The notes under the pieces: model-generated | Told to the model about the DNA's origin: nothing | Databases searched by the model: none | Seen by the model: the letters and a program-made list of their open reading frames with translations, nothing else | Part shown: in pieces, positions 52,004-62,183 of the stretch | Numbering within the stretch: position 1 is the stretch's first letter | How the letters are laid out: every line of letters starts with the position of its first letter | Made by a program: the position numbers and the translations under genes | DNA from: Barthelona sp. PCE | Lineage: Eukaryota | Assembly (NCBI GenBank): GCA_040285745.1 | Contig: JAUFOR010000002.1 | Span: 1,364,001 to 1,428,000 of the forward strand | Direction of reading: 5' to 3' | DNA: 64,000 nt

Positions 52004-52939
52004 TTATTCATAAGCAAAATCACTTACAACATCTTCAAAATCACTATCAGAATCTGAAGAGATCAATTCAAAAACTATAGGATTACCTTTTTCACTCTTT
52101 CTTGTTAATATCTCTAAATTAAAGGTAAAAAATATTTTTAAGAACTGTAAAATAAATAAAAATGATGAATTTAGGTTAAAATTAGATAAAAAATGAAATA
52201 CACTATATGTAAAAACCAACAAATTTAAATTTTTCGAAACTAACAACAATATTGTAAAAAATAATAATAATACGTTTAGAAAACGTAATATTCTAATATC
52301 TAAACTACTAATTCTGAGAATATCACTGAATAAAACATTAAAAGAATTGAAATAAAACATTATTACAATAGAAAATATTGCTGAAAACACCACTAATGGA
52401 TTTCTTACCGTTGAATCAACGTTCCATATTTTCACGAAGCAATTGAACAATATCAAAACCAGTACAGTTAATATAATGTTCGAAAAACTGAAGAAAATCA
52501 ATAAATCATTAAAAACACCAATTATTTCCATATTATTTTGATTTTTATCAAATGAAAATATAAAAAACAATTCAAAAAAATGATTAATCAGGATAAATGA
52601 ATATTGCAAAATCATTATCCATATTGATATTCTATAAACTATGAAATAACTGTAAAATTGCAATCTAAATGAAAATATTATTCCTAAAAGGCACATAAGA
52701 TCGGTAAAAATCAAAGATATTATCTCTAAAAAGTCCCTGAATTGAGAAGATAAATCAAGAAAAGAATAAGACGATGCAGAAAATATCAATGCTATTAAAA
52801 ACGAGAATAAAAGCACGCTTGCAAGGTGCGGGAAGAAATCTCGAGCTTTGTTTGTTGAACTACCATGCTTTTTGAGAACATAATCCTTGGGGATGCTGTC
52901 CTTCCTATTTTGAGTGCCAACGTGGGATTTCCTGTTCAT
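52004..52939 (-). CDS. AT-rich multi-pass membrane protein
   Basis: 311-codon ORF kept open in very AT-rich DNA; F/I/L-rich with about 7-8 hydrophobic segments; hydrophilic N- and C-termini. Confidence 0.65.
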   Translation of the reverse strand: MNRKSHVGTQNRKDSIPKDYVLKKHGSSTNKARDFFPHLASVLLFSFLIALIFSASSYSFLDLSSQFRDFLEIISLIFTDLMCLLGIIFSFRLQFYSYFIVYRISIWIMILQYSFILINHFFELFFIFSFDKNQNNMEIIGVFNDLLIFFSFSNIILTVLVLILFNCFVKIWNVDSTVRNPLVVFSAIFSIVIMFYFNSFNVLFSDILRISSLDIRILRFLNVLLLFFTILLLVSKNLNLLVFTYSVFHFLSNFNLNSSFLFILQFLKIFFTFNLEILTRKSEKGNPIVFELISSDSDSDFEDVVSDFAYE

Positions 52940-53177
52940 TTCATGAAACTCTGCCCCAGTCTGTTACAAAATTTTGTTGATAAGGAAAAAGAAACAATAT
53001 ACAAAAGGAAATATTCTTCTTCCAATTCCTAGCTTTAAATAGTCCACCAACCCACCGTTTTTTCATGATTTTCACCTCACAACAAGATCCAAAAATCATC
53101 TACATTGTTTTTACGAATAAGTACCTTTTCATCAATTTCTGTGCGACTCTACCGTTTTAAAGAGGCACAGTTTCACA

Positions 53178-56100
53178 ATGATTTTCAAAGCACAGTTTTT
53201 AGCAATTCTGATGCTTTTTATCTCTGTGGGTTTTGCTCAACAGACTATAAAAGCACATCTAATTGCACATACGCACAATGACCCGGGGTGGCTACGTTCC
53301 CTGAACGAGTACTACAATAGTGAGACGAAGCCAATCCTCAACAGTATCGTGAGCGCCTTAAAGAAGGATCCAAAGCGTAAGTTTAATTGGAACCCTGCTG
53401 TCTTCTTAGAGAAGTACTGGAACGATCTCAACGCACACCAGAAAGAAGAATTCCGTACGCTTGTACAAGAAAAACGATTCTGCATTGGCGGAGGTGGTTG
53501 GGTAGCAAATGATGAAGCAACTGTTGATTTACAGGGCATTGTCACGCAGTACACTAACGGCCACACATGGCTAAAGGATACCTTTGATATCGTACCGAAA
53601 TCAGCATGGCAAATTGACTCATTTGGTCATTCTTCATTCATGCCTTCTGTTCTCAGTCATATGAACATTCCGTTCATGGTTGGCAACAGGATTGACTTCC
53701 GCGTCCGTGATAGGTTGAAGGAACTCGGTTCTATGGAGTTTATATGGGAAGGTAATGATTTGCTCGGTAAGAAAAGTAGAATCGTTATTCATCTACTCTA
53801 CCATCACTATTCGTCGCCGGATGGCTTCGACTTCGAGAAGGGTTGGCACACAGTCACGGATTCGAACGTTCGTAACATGGCACACAATCTAGTTGAAGAG
53901 ATCAAGAGAAGAAAGGCAAAGTACCCCACTGACAATGTTTTGATTGTTGCAGGAGAGGATTTCCGATACAAGCATGCCGAAAAGCAGTTTGATAACTGGG
54001 ACAAATTGATCAAGTATATCAATTCTAACAAGAAGGAGTACAACGTTGAGATCGGTTGGAGTTCGCTTGAGGAGTACTATAAGGCTATTGTAGACTCGAA
54101 GGATAAGCTCCCTGTTGTAAGCTATGACTTTATGCCGTACATTTCCAGCGACGACTTCATCTGGACTGGCTACTATACCACTGCTCCTCGTCTGAAGGGG
54201 GTCATGCGTGAAGTGCAGGGTGCTCTGCGCACGACAGAGCACGCAGCCACCGTCGCACTTATGAAGGGCCACAAATCTATGCATGATTCCTTTATGAAGG
54301 ATATCGTCAACACTCGTAACCAAGTTGGTCTTGTCCAGCACCATGATGCGGCCACGGGTACCGCCAGGAAGCATGTGCGCGATGATTATGTGCACCGCCT
54401 TGGTGATTCTGTCAAGAAAACCGAGCAGGTCTCACGTGAGGCCGTCAGCGCTCTATTTAAGGGTTTTAAGGTCCATAACAAGAACGATAAGAATACTTGT
54501 GAGCACGGTATGATGTGCCCGGTTGTTGTACAGAACCCCATGGGGTGGAAGCGCAAGAACGTGGTGAGCATCAAAGTTGAAGCTGATAAGAAGTTCAAGG
54601 TCACAACGGAGACAGGCGTCAAGGTATCAAGCCAGTTCTGCCTAGGCCCTGATAACTGCTATGTTGAGTTTGTCGCTGAGGTTGTGGGCTTTGGATTCCG
54701 TACATATTTCCTGCAGCAAGACAGCGACACTACAACATTGAATCTCTCTGAGGTTCCCAACAAGAGCTCATTCAAGGTGGAGACCGAAGACATGGTTGTG
54801 CACTTTGGAAACCACGGTTTCATTAGATCAGTTGAGAACAAGCACCTCAATAAGGCCATAGATCTGGGAATGACGTACATGGAGTACTCGACACATAGAT
54901 CGGGTGCGTATCTGTTCAGACCAACGGGCGAGCCCCACGATCACCATGAGCTGGGCAACCTTCACAGCATGAAGCACGTTGAGACCGAGAACTTGCACAT
55001 TGTCAAGCTTGACAGATCATCTCTAAAAACTGAATTCCGCATTCCCAAGCGTGGATTTGCGATCCGTGTCCACACGACGCTCAGTGCTGGTTCTAACAAG
55101 GAGGTAATTATCAAGTTCAAGACTGATATCAATACGCAGAACAACTTCCACACTGACAACGGTGTGTCTCTCAAGGAGCGTGTCTGTACTAAGCAGAGTG
55201 GTCTCTATATCAGCTCTCAGTATTTCCCGTCAACAACGCAAACATCAATATACGGAGATCGCAACGGTCTTGTGCTTGGGTTCCGCCAACCCCATGGTGT
55301 TTCTCACCGTCACAAGGGTGAAGTAGAGGTTATGCTTCACAGAAACCTGAGACAGGATGATTCACTTGGTCTTGCCGAGGGTCACCGAGACCAGTCGACT
55401 GTGACTCTCAAGATGCTCGTCCAGCCTGTATGGACTCGTAAAGAGCAGGTTGTGAAGCCAGCAATGAGCTATTTCGATGAGTCCATGGACGTTTTCGATA
55501 TGAGATCTGCACTGTTGTTCAACAACCCTATGCGAGCACACCCAAGCTCCGATGCTTTCCCCTCGTTCGAAGCTTACCACCAAAGCCACCCCTTCTCGCT
55601 GTCGCCCATTGACGTGAGTGGTATCAGCCCCAACCTTCATATTTTCTCTTTCGACATCTTCAAGAAGGGTGATAACCCACAAATCGCACTTCGTGTACGT
55701 AACATCGCCCATAATAAGGGTGGAACTGCCACTCTGTCGATCAAGAACATGGTCACGCCACTTGGTAAGATCAAAGCTCTTAAAGAAGTCGGACTGAATC
55801 TCGTATCGGACCGTGAAGGCGATGTCAACGGTTATGTTCTCCCCGAAAGCGATGGCTATCTTCAGATTCCCAGCGGAATCAAGAGCGGTAGCAGAGGCAG
55901 CATCAAGCATCACAAGAAGGATATCAACCATCCTGCGCCTGATGCCATGCCCGTCTCAAACGGTGAGGTTTCCATCGCCCCGCAGGACCTGCGCGCATTT
56001 ATTATTACTGTAGAGCCTCACTTTAGTGGGAAGCCCGATACTGGAATCGGTGGAATCACACCTGAGCCTACGCATCCGGTCCAGCCAACGGAGCCTACGC

Positions 56101-56378
56101 AACCCACGCATCCGGTCCAGCCAACGGAGCCAACACAGCCCACGGAGCCCTCACACCCTGAACCCACGCAACCAATGACCGGAGACGTGTTGGTCCACAT
56201 CCCCCCTCATCCTAGTTTGAAGCAAGAGGTAACGGGGCAGACTAAGGGAATGATCACGGCTGACATGATCATCGCCACCCTCCTCAGTGTGGGTGCAATG
56301 CTTGCTCTGAGTCTTATGTTTGTTTTGTTCAGGACAAGTGCACAGCATTCAAAGAAGCAAGAGAAATTCACTCTTTAA
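53178..56378 (+). CDS. GH38 alpha-mannosidase with signal peptide, Pro/Thr stalk and C-terminal TM helix
   Basis: HTHNDPGW, GGGWVANDEA, WQIDSFGHS, GEDF, WTGYYTT, QHHDAATGT, EVMLHR...DDSLGL. Confidence 0.95.
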   Translation: MIFKAQFLAILMLFISVGFAQQTIKAHLIAHTHNDPGWLRSLNEYYNSETKPILNSIVSALKKDPKRKFNWNPAVFLEKYWNDLNAHQKEEFRTLVQEKRFCIGGGGWVANDEATVDLQGIVTQYTNGHTWLKDTFDIVPKSAWQIDSFGHSSFMPSVLSHMNIPFMVGNRIDFRVRDRLKELGSMEFIWEGNDLLGKKSRIVIHLLYHHYSSPDGFDFEKGWHTVTDSNVRNMAHNLVEEIKRRKAKYPTDNVLIVAGEDFRYKHAEKQFDNWDKLIKYINSNKKEYNVEIGWSSLEEYYKAIVDSKDKLPVVSYDFMPYISSDDFIWTGYYTTAPRLKGVMREVQGALRTTEHAATVALMKGHKSMHDSFMKDIVNTRNQVGLVQHHDAATGTARKHVRDDYVHRLGDSVKKTEQVSREAVSALFKGFKVHNKNDKNTCEHGMMCPVVVQNPMGWKRKNVVSIKVEADKKFKVTTETGVKVSSQFCLGPDNCYVEFVAEVVGFGFRTYFLQQDSDTTTLNLSEVPNKSSFKVETEDMVVHFGNHGFIRSVENKHLNKAIDLGMTYMEYSTHRSGAYLFRPTGEPHDHHELGNLHSMKHVETENLHIVKLDRSSLKTEFRIPKRGFAIRVHTTLSAGSNKEVIIKFKTDINTQNNFHTDNGVSLKERVCTKQSGLYISSQYFPSTTQTSIYGDRNGLVLGFRQPHGVSHRHKGEVEVMLHRNLRQDDSLGLAEGHRDQSTVTLKMLVQPVWTRKEQVVKPAMSYFDESMDVFDMRSALLFNNPMRAHPSSDAFPSFEAYHQSHPFSLSPIDVSGISPNLHIFSFDIFKKGDNPQIALRVRNIAHNKGGTATLSIKNMVTPLGKIKALKEVGLNLVSDREGDVNGYVLPESDGYLQIPSGIKSGSRGSIKHHKKDINHPAPDAMPVSNGEVSIAPQDLRAFIITVEPHFSGKPDTGIGGITPEPTHPVQPTEPTQPTHPVQPTEPTQPTEPSHPEPTQPMTGDVLVHIPPHPSLKQEVTGQTKGMITADMIIATLLSVGAMLALSLMFVLFRTSAQHSKKQEKFTL
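56061..56174 (+). repeat. Coding tandem repeat (PTHPVQPTEPTQ, 36-bp period) in the mannosidase stalk
   Basis: 26-bp identity between 56070-56095 and 56106-56131, plus degenerate PTEP/PTQP units. Confidence 0.9.
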
Positions 56379-56847
56379 CCGTGTTCTTAGTAAATAGGTA
56401 CTTAAATTCACTTAAGCTAATGGCGCCGCGATGTGCAGTGTCGAGTTCGTCAAAAATTAATGAGAGATAGTCTTTGGTAAGATGGGGGCAAAACTCTTGG
56501 GCAACTGAAACAAAGTTGTTTTTTGATATAAACCCTGAAGTGTCCACATCAACCGCCTCGAACACAGCCTCGATCGCTGAATCTTTTTCCTGACGTTGCT
56601 GGTACTTAACTACAAGATTACGGAAACGATGATAGGTCATCCCCTGATGCCCGTACGCATCAACAATAGCTTCTAGCTCGTATTCATGAAGCTTACACCC
56701 TGTGCACTCCATGTAAGCCAACAAGAACTGCTGTAAAGAGAGATACCCCTTATTATCCTCATCGTATGCATTAAAAACGCCCATTATCCTTGCTAAAACT
56801 GCATCTCCTGGCTCCAGATGGTCATAAATAGACGCATCATTTGACAT
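56368..56847 (-). CDS. EF-hand protein, EFCAB11-like
   Basis: EF loops DEDNKGYLS, DVDTSGFIS, DTAHRGAIS. Start is ATG 56847 (alternatively 56901). Confidence 0.85.
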   Translation of the reverse strand: MSNDASIYDHLEPGDAVLARIMGVFNAYDEDNKGYLSLQQFLLAYMECTGCKLHEYELEAIVDAYGHQGMTYHRFRNLVVKYQQRQEKDSAIEAVFEAVDVDTSGFISKNNFVSVAQEFCPHLTKDYLSLIFDELDTAHRGAISLSEFKYLFTKNTVKE

Positions 56848-56929
56848 TGCAAGCAAAGAACTTGATAATTCGTTATACAACCTCTTACCTTCTTTCATCA
56901 TTTTCCAACACACTGTAACCTTGAATGTG

Positions 56930-59599
56930 ATGGTCGGGGCAAAGAACACAGATAAATTACGGCTAAAACCTCATCTTGCCGCAAAACGGTCAGAAGGTAT
57001 TTTACCAAAGCCAATCATTGAAGAACCTATTGTTCACACATCGATATATACGAGCAGGCTGAAGGAACTGAATGAAACTGTCAAAAACAAGGACGATACG
57101 ACAAAACTTGATGGGTCTCTCGACGTTCAGAAGGTTGAGGCGCAATTAGATGACATTAAAACCGACTTCAAGAGAAGTCTTTCGCGCATGCGTCATTTTG
57201 GTGGAAAGGATCAAGAAGAAACGCACTCTGATCGTGTGTTCTATTCAGCACGATTCAGACCTAAAGCGACAATCCCTCGTCACATCCTCAAACAGCACAG
57301 AAAGAACACAAAGCGCTCAAAGCAAAAAGATAACCTGGAAGTGCGTTCTTTCTCGCTCAATAATTTTTTGGCTCCTGAATTTCAAAGCAACGAGCCAAGT
57401 GTGCCTATCCGGCTGGAAATTGCGGATCCAGAGCTTCTTGAGTTTCAGCTTGCCCTTGAACAGTTCTGGTTTCCCTCAGTATGTCCTTACGAGAAGTTTT
57501 CACTCATTGTAAGAACGTTAGAGTATGTTTCCTCGCGGATACAGTTCATCCCACGTATCACAGACGCAGATCTAGAGCTTTTGTTGCTGGGTGCAATCGA
57601 TGTTGCGAACGGCTACGACCGCCTGCTTCCTATTTGCATGGTGCTTATTCATCACGTGGACTGTACAGACAAGAGGTGCTTTGACATGCTATCAAAGCCA
57701 CCATTAGTGAGCGGATTCAACCAACTGCTGAGGGAATACGCTATCCCAGTATTGAGCGACCCTCACTCGAGCTCACAACTCCGGTATTTCCTTTACAAGC
57801 TACACTGTCGCTACGTTAAAACAAACTTTATGTTCGACGTACCGTACGAACAGAAACTGCAGACGCTGGGATTGCTGGCGCCATGGCGTTTCCTATACGG
57901 CTCAGCTAAGAACGCACTCACGCTACCCATCGCGCACGCTAACACGCACGGTGTCTTGCTGGATATGGTTGTCAATGCACCGGTTGGGATGCCAGACGGC
58001 AAGTTTAGCATGAACATTGGATACAACCTTGTCCCCACACCAAAGTCCCTGTATGCAATCGTTACTCCGCATGCCACGCTCTTCAGTGGTGCGTGCGAAG
58101 TCATCGAGATGAGGCAAAACACAGATATCTACTTTGACATGTGGAAGGAGCGCCGCTCGCTTCGTATCATTGTTGTTCGTGTCAGTAACCCACAGACAAT
58201 GTATTCCGACAGTGTGTTACGGGCGCAGAGGCTGCTCAACAGATCATTTATTTTTAAGATGTACAAAGAGGTGTGCGACAAGCCGATAGAGAGTCTTCTA
58301 CCGATGAACAGTGGTTTCCACCACGAGAGACTAGTGTTGCAAAAGTTCGATATAACTTTGCTGAAACCGCGTACCAAAGAGTTCGTCGCTGCTATCAACA
58401 ACACTTTACCTTCGCTCAGTATGCCTCTCGACATGCTCCGCGAAATGACAAAATATACGAGGGAGAAAAGCGCCCCATCATCCCCCGTACCTTCTCGGCC
58501 GCAAAGCACGCTGTCCATGCGTAAGAGCCCTCTGTCGAGACTGAGCGAAATTCAAATTTCAAGGTTGAGCGATGACGAGGAAGAAGCAGTTAGGGAGGTG
58601 GACTTCACAGATGCAGGCATCGGAGTCCCGCCAGACGCTATATCCGAGGCCACAGACTCCTTCGTCGATCCGTTTTCACGAGAAAGCGGACGTGTCGAAT
58701 CCGCAGCTCATGCGTTATACGATATGGAGCGCTTCACAGGCGTTGACGACCTGTTGGGGAAGGAACTGCTTGATCTCGATCCGGTGAACGATCTTGTTCA
58801 CGGTGCTTCGGAATCAGAATCGCAGTATGTAAGGCCAATGTCACAGACGAGCTCTTTTGTCCCGCCTGAGTTGACGCAGCGGGTTCTGAGCTCCTTACGA
58901 GCCTCCCGCCTCTCTGCGTACTCGCCCAACGAGCTCAGTGAAGAGGAGGATGACGAATTTATTGATACGCTTGATCTCGAGATTGACCCACGTACTGGTT
59001 TGGCAATTCTGCCATCTCGGCTTGACGATGGGCTTGAAACCTCCCAGCGCAGGTCATCCGTCGCTTCTTCGCGTGCTGCCACACCTCTTGAGCGCCTGTT
59101 TGGTATAAATAAGATATGGTATCTGCCACTGATCTCGTCAGCACACGAGTGCGGCGCGCCTCCGTACAAGAGTATCCGTAAGATATACCAGCCCATCTTT
59201 GGACCTAAAGGGTTGCTGCACACTGGAATGGTTCGCCAGAAGAAGGAGCTGAAGAAAGACAGAGATGAACTTCTCGCTGCAGATGCTGTTTACAACGCGT
59301 GTTTTGATCAGGCTCTTGATAAGTTAGGTAGTTTTGTGAGTGTGTTCCAAGGATTACGGACCAATAATCAAGCGGAAAAGAACAAATTGCACACTAATTC
59401 GATGCATTCCCTTCATCTTTCGTCTGATAAAATGACAACACGAATCGTAGACAGGATCTGGGACGATGCTATTAGTCACAACTTCCACCCCTTTGACAGT
59501 TTTAATGCCTTCTTCGAAGCACAGAAGTCAAGTCAGCGTATACCCTTTAGGTTAAGTCTGCTCACAAAGACCAGTCAGATCATCGAAGAGAAAGATTAG
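56930..59599 (+). CDS. Hypothetical protein (~889 aa)
   Basis: Long ORF with ATG at 56930; Ser-rich low-complexity segments; no motif recognised. Confidence 0.8.
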   Translation: MVGAKNTDKLRLKPHLAAKRSEGILPKPIIEEPIVHTSIYTSRLKELNETVKNKDDTTKLDGSLDVQKVEAQLDDIKTDFKRSLSRMRHFGGKDQEETHSDRVFYSARFRPKATIPRHILKQHRKNTKRSKQKDNLEVRSFSLNNFLAPEFQSNEPSVPIRLEIADPELLEFQLALEQFWFPSVCPYEKFSLIVRTLEYVSSRIQFIPRITDADLELLLLGAIDVANGYDRLLPICMVLIHHVDCTDKRCFDMLSKPPLVSGFNQLLREYAIPVLSDPHSSSQLRYFLYKLHCRYVKTNFMFDVPYEQKLQTLGLLAPWRFLYGSAKNALTLPIAHANTHGVLLDMVVNAPVGMPDGKFSMNIGYNLVPTPKSLYAIVTPHATLFSGACEVIEMRQNTDIYFDMWKERRSLRIIVVRVSNPQTMYSDSVLRAQRLLNRSFIFKMYKEVCDKPIESLLPMNSGFHHERLVLQKFDITLLKPRTKEFVAAINNTLPSLSMPLDMLREMTKYTREKSAPSSPVPSRPQSTLSMRKSPLSRLSEIQISRLSDDEEEAVREVDFTDAGIGVPPDAISEATDSFVDPFSRESGRVESAAHALYDMERFTGVDDLLGKELLDLDPVNDLVHGASESESQYVRPMSQTSSFVPPELTQRVLSSLRASRLSAYSPNELSEEEDDEFIDTLDLEIDPRTGLAILPSRLDDGLETSQRRSSVASSRAATPLERLFGINKIWYLPLISSAHECGAPPYKSIRKIYQPIFGPKGLLHTGMVRQKKELKKDRDELLAADAVYNACFDQALDKLGSFVSVFQGLRTNNQAEKNKLHTNSMHSLHLSSDKMTTRIVDRIWDDAISHNFHPFDSFNAFFEAQKSSQRIPFRLSLLTKTSQIIEEKD

Positions 59600-60807
59600 C
59601 TGTATAATTTAAACAGTCCTTTTGGAGAAGGTGCCGTGCCGTGATCAACGGCCACTTTGTTTTTAGTACAATACACAAACAGTGCAAAGAGTATCGTCGC
59701 GATAAAGACGGTGACAACGAGCCCGAACGCAGCATGTAAACGCTGCATTCTTCTTGATAATAAAGCAATCATATTATTCTGTTGTTCTATATACGCTAGT
59801 GCCTCTGTATGTCGGTCTTTGACGAGGTTAAGGATCCTCATTTCAACATCAACAATCGCAGCATTGCTCTGTCCTGTAAAATCGTCGAGAAATGCAGAAA
59901 CTAGAGTTGCATTAAGCTCCAGATTAGAAACCCGCTCACTGATGTGCTTCAAAAGTGATACATCCAGCTGTTTCGGGATGTCTTTGCGCACTGGGCGCTG
60001 TATTGTTGCGTTTTTCAGCGTAGAACGCACATTAGCCAGTGTAGTCTGGGATACACTGAGAATACGTCGGATCTCATCGACTTCTCTCGTTCCATAAACC
60101 TCCATCACCGACAGGGTCGCAAATGACGACTTTTTATAGAAGGAGCTGACTTCAACCCGTAAAAATCGTGTCATCCAACGTTTTGTGTTGTTTCTGAGAG
60201 CAAAGACCTGCTTCGTCCTTTCCTTTGTTGCTGTAAAGTTGCCGATGCTCAGCCACACGTTCTCTCCCTCATGATATACGTTGTCCTTCAGAACAGAAAC
60301 CTCAAAACCCTGAATACCATCACTGTACAACTCAAAGTTACCAAGCACAATATACTCCGGTACGATAGTTTCTGTAAGCTCAACAACAAAGTCAAGGGGC
60401 TCGCTCGTGGCGGTCATCAGATACTTGTCCTTACGAGGGTTGAGAATGTTCTTTGCATTTTGCACTTTTTTGTTTGCATATAACAACTTCGCTCCAAGAT
60501 GGTCTGCAGCAAAATTAACCCTGTTCTTGATGTCTGCTGTACCCAAATCCTCCAGCGTGACGTCTGCCAGAGTTTCAGGACTATTTCCTGAAGCGCGGGA
60601 AAGAACATCCTTCGAAAATCCTTCTAGCGACTTCTTCTCATCTGTGTCTGGTACCTTCTGCTCGCCCTGCTCGCTTATGCTGCAGGTTACCCATGCGCTA
60701 ACTCCTTTATCGAAGTAATGCGCGTATTTTGGTACCTGAATACTTGCAAAAATTAACGGTATCGCAATCAACAACAGCATTCCCGTACGTAAACCAGATT
60801 GTCCCAT
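59596..60807 (-). CDS. Mid-SUN domain membrane protein (Slp1/SUCO-like)
   Basis: RVNFAADHLGAKLLYANK...AKNILNPRKDKYLM...VVELTETI...LGNFELYS; N-terminal hydrophobic segment, coiled coil, C-terminal TM. Confidence 0.88.
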   Translation of the reverse strand: MGQSGLRTGMLLLIAIPLIFASIQVPKYAHYFDKGVSAWVTCSISEQGEQKVPDTDEKKSLEGFSKDVLSRASGNSPETLADVTLEDLGTADIKNRVNFAADHLGAKLLYANKKVQNAKNILNPRKDKYLMTATSEPLDFVVELTETIVPEYIVLGNFELYSDGIQGFEVSVLKDNVYHEGENVWLSIGNFTATKERTKQVFALRNNTKRWMTRFLRVEVSSFYKKSSFATLSVMEVYGTREVDEIRRILSVSQTTLANVRSTLKNATIQRPVRKDIPKQLDVSLLKHISERVSNLELNATLVSAFLDDFTGQSNAAIVDVEMRILNLVKDRHTEALAYIEQQNNMIALLSRRMQRLHAAFGLVVTVFIATILFALFVYCTKNKVAVDHGTAPSPKGLFKLYS

Positions 60808-60876
60808 GTTATGTAAACAGTTATTGGAAAGGGTTGAAAATGTTAATACGCATTCTCAACTTTTCATCCCTTTTAC

Positions 60877-62157
60877 ATGGGCAAATCTTCACAAAAATAC
60901 TATGCGATTGCCCACCATGGCGAAGAAAGGGGATATATTGCACTGGGAACAAGCACAATATACAACTCACACATAAAAACAATGGTTGATGGTAGGAGCG
61001 TCTCTTTAAAGTCTTTTAAGACTCGTAACCTTGCAGAACTTTTCATGACAGACAGGGGGATCTGGGAATATAAATTTGTTAATTTTGTTGTTAGTCTGAA
61101 AGGCAACCCTACTGATCGCTTTGAAAACGGTGAACTTGTGAACCTCCGTGACAGCGGCAGGCAGCAGGTAAAACCTACCAAGCAGAAAACATTGGACGAG
61201 TTCGATTCAACTAAAAAAGCTTTGAACGAGCGTGAAATGTGTTATGGCATAGCAGTTGAAGGCTCCCCGATGCTTTGTGGTGCTTATTTCTGCAGTGAAG
61301 CCGTTTTCAATACTGTTGTGCTGCCGTATGTGTATAAATGTGCAGATGGTGAAGTTCATGTTTGCGCTGAGAAACAGCCTCTTTCGGAGATGAGACACCA
61401 TCTAAGCCGCTTCCCGTTCGTTGTTGGGGTTGCTGAGCACCGCATTCCGGATGAATTGAGCGTCGCACACCCTTTGGATCCAGAGTTTTTAAATGTTGTT
61501 TTCCACGATGATCCGACTGATGAGACAGTGATGTATGTAGTAACATTCGTTGATAACATGGAGCTGCGCATTGACGGCATAGCTGTGGAAGGGTATGACG
61601 ACTTTAGCAGCAAGATAAAGGCAAAAATTATGCTATCCTTCCACAAATATCGAAATCTTGCTCGGTTCGTCAACCAATACAAGGAGAGCTTGTACCAGCA
61701 TGCTACCTATGAGGGAGCATACGCTGTGCGGCCGGCAACTTGGCTCAAAAACAGTAGAAGAATGAAACAACCGCTAATCATTTATGTAGACCCCACACAC
61801 CCCGAAAATGTCAGAGGGACTGTCTTCATCGAGGACGATGCGTTCCAGCGCTTTGACGTTCCGATGTCTGTTGAAGAACACGGACCCTTCCGAGAAATGT
61901 ACTGCGCTTTGAAGGTTGCGAATTTGTATGAAAAAGACTGCATTATTTGCACACAAGACCCAGCAGTGTATGCGACTATGACTCTTGATGTGATTGCAAA
62001 GCACGCAAATGAAAGCGACTTTACATATAAGAAATCCAAAATGCTGATTTTGTCTCGTGAAAAGCGAGGATTTGCTTCATGGGTTGCTTTTCAACCCAAC
62101 CTTAACATGGTGACCGATAACAGCCACGTTCCTGATCTCGAAATTAACATAAAATAG
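60877..62157 (+). CDS. Degenerate RNase H1-like protein (hybrid-binding-like N-terminus plus RNase H-like C-terminus)
   Basis: QKYYAIAH...VDG...LKSFKTRNLAELFM resembles the RNase H1 N-terminal domain. LIIYVD...REMYCALK...IICTQD resembles the RNase H core. Confidence 0.5.
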   Translation: MGKSSQKYYAIAHHGEERGYIALGTSTIYNSHIKTMVDGRSVSLKSFKTRNLAELFMTDRGIWEYKFVNFVVSLKGNPTDRFENGELVNLRDSGRQQVKPTKQKTLDEFDSTKKALNEREMCYGIAVEGSPMLCGAYFCSEAVFNTVVLPYVYKCADGEVHVCAEKQPLSEMRHHLSRFPFVVGVAEHRIPDELSVAHPLDPEFLNVVFHDDPTDETVMYVVTFVDNMELRIDGIAVEGYDDFSSKIKAKIMLSFHKYRNLARFVNQYKESLYQHATYEGAYAVRPATWLKNSRRMKQPLIIYVDPTHPENVRGTVFIEDDAFQRFDVPMSVEEHGPFREMYCALKVANLYEKDCIICTQDPAVYATMTLDVIAKHANESDFTYKKSKMLILSREKRGFASWVAFQPNLNMVTDNSHVPDLEINIK

Positions 62158-62183
62158 TAAAAATAATTCATCATTGCTTTTAC

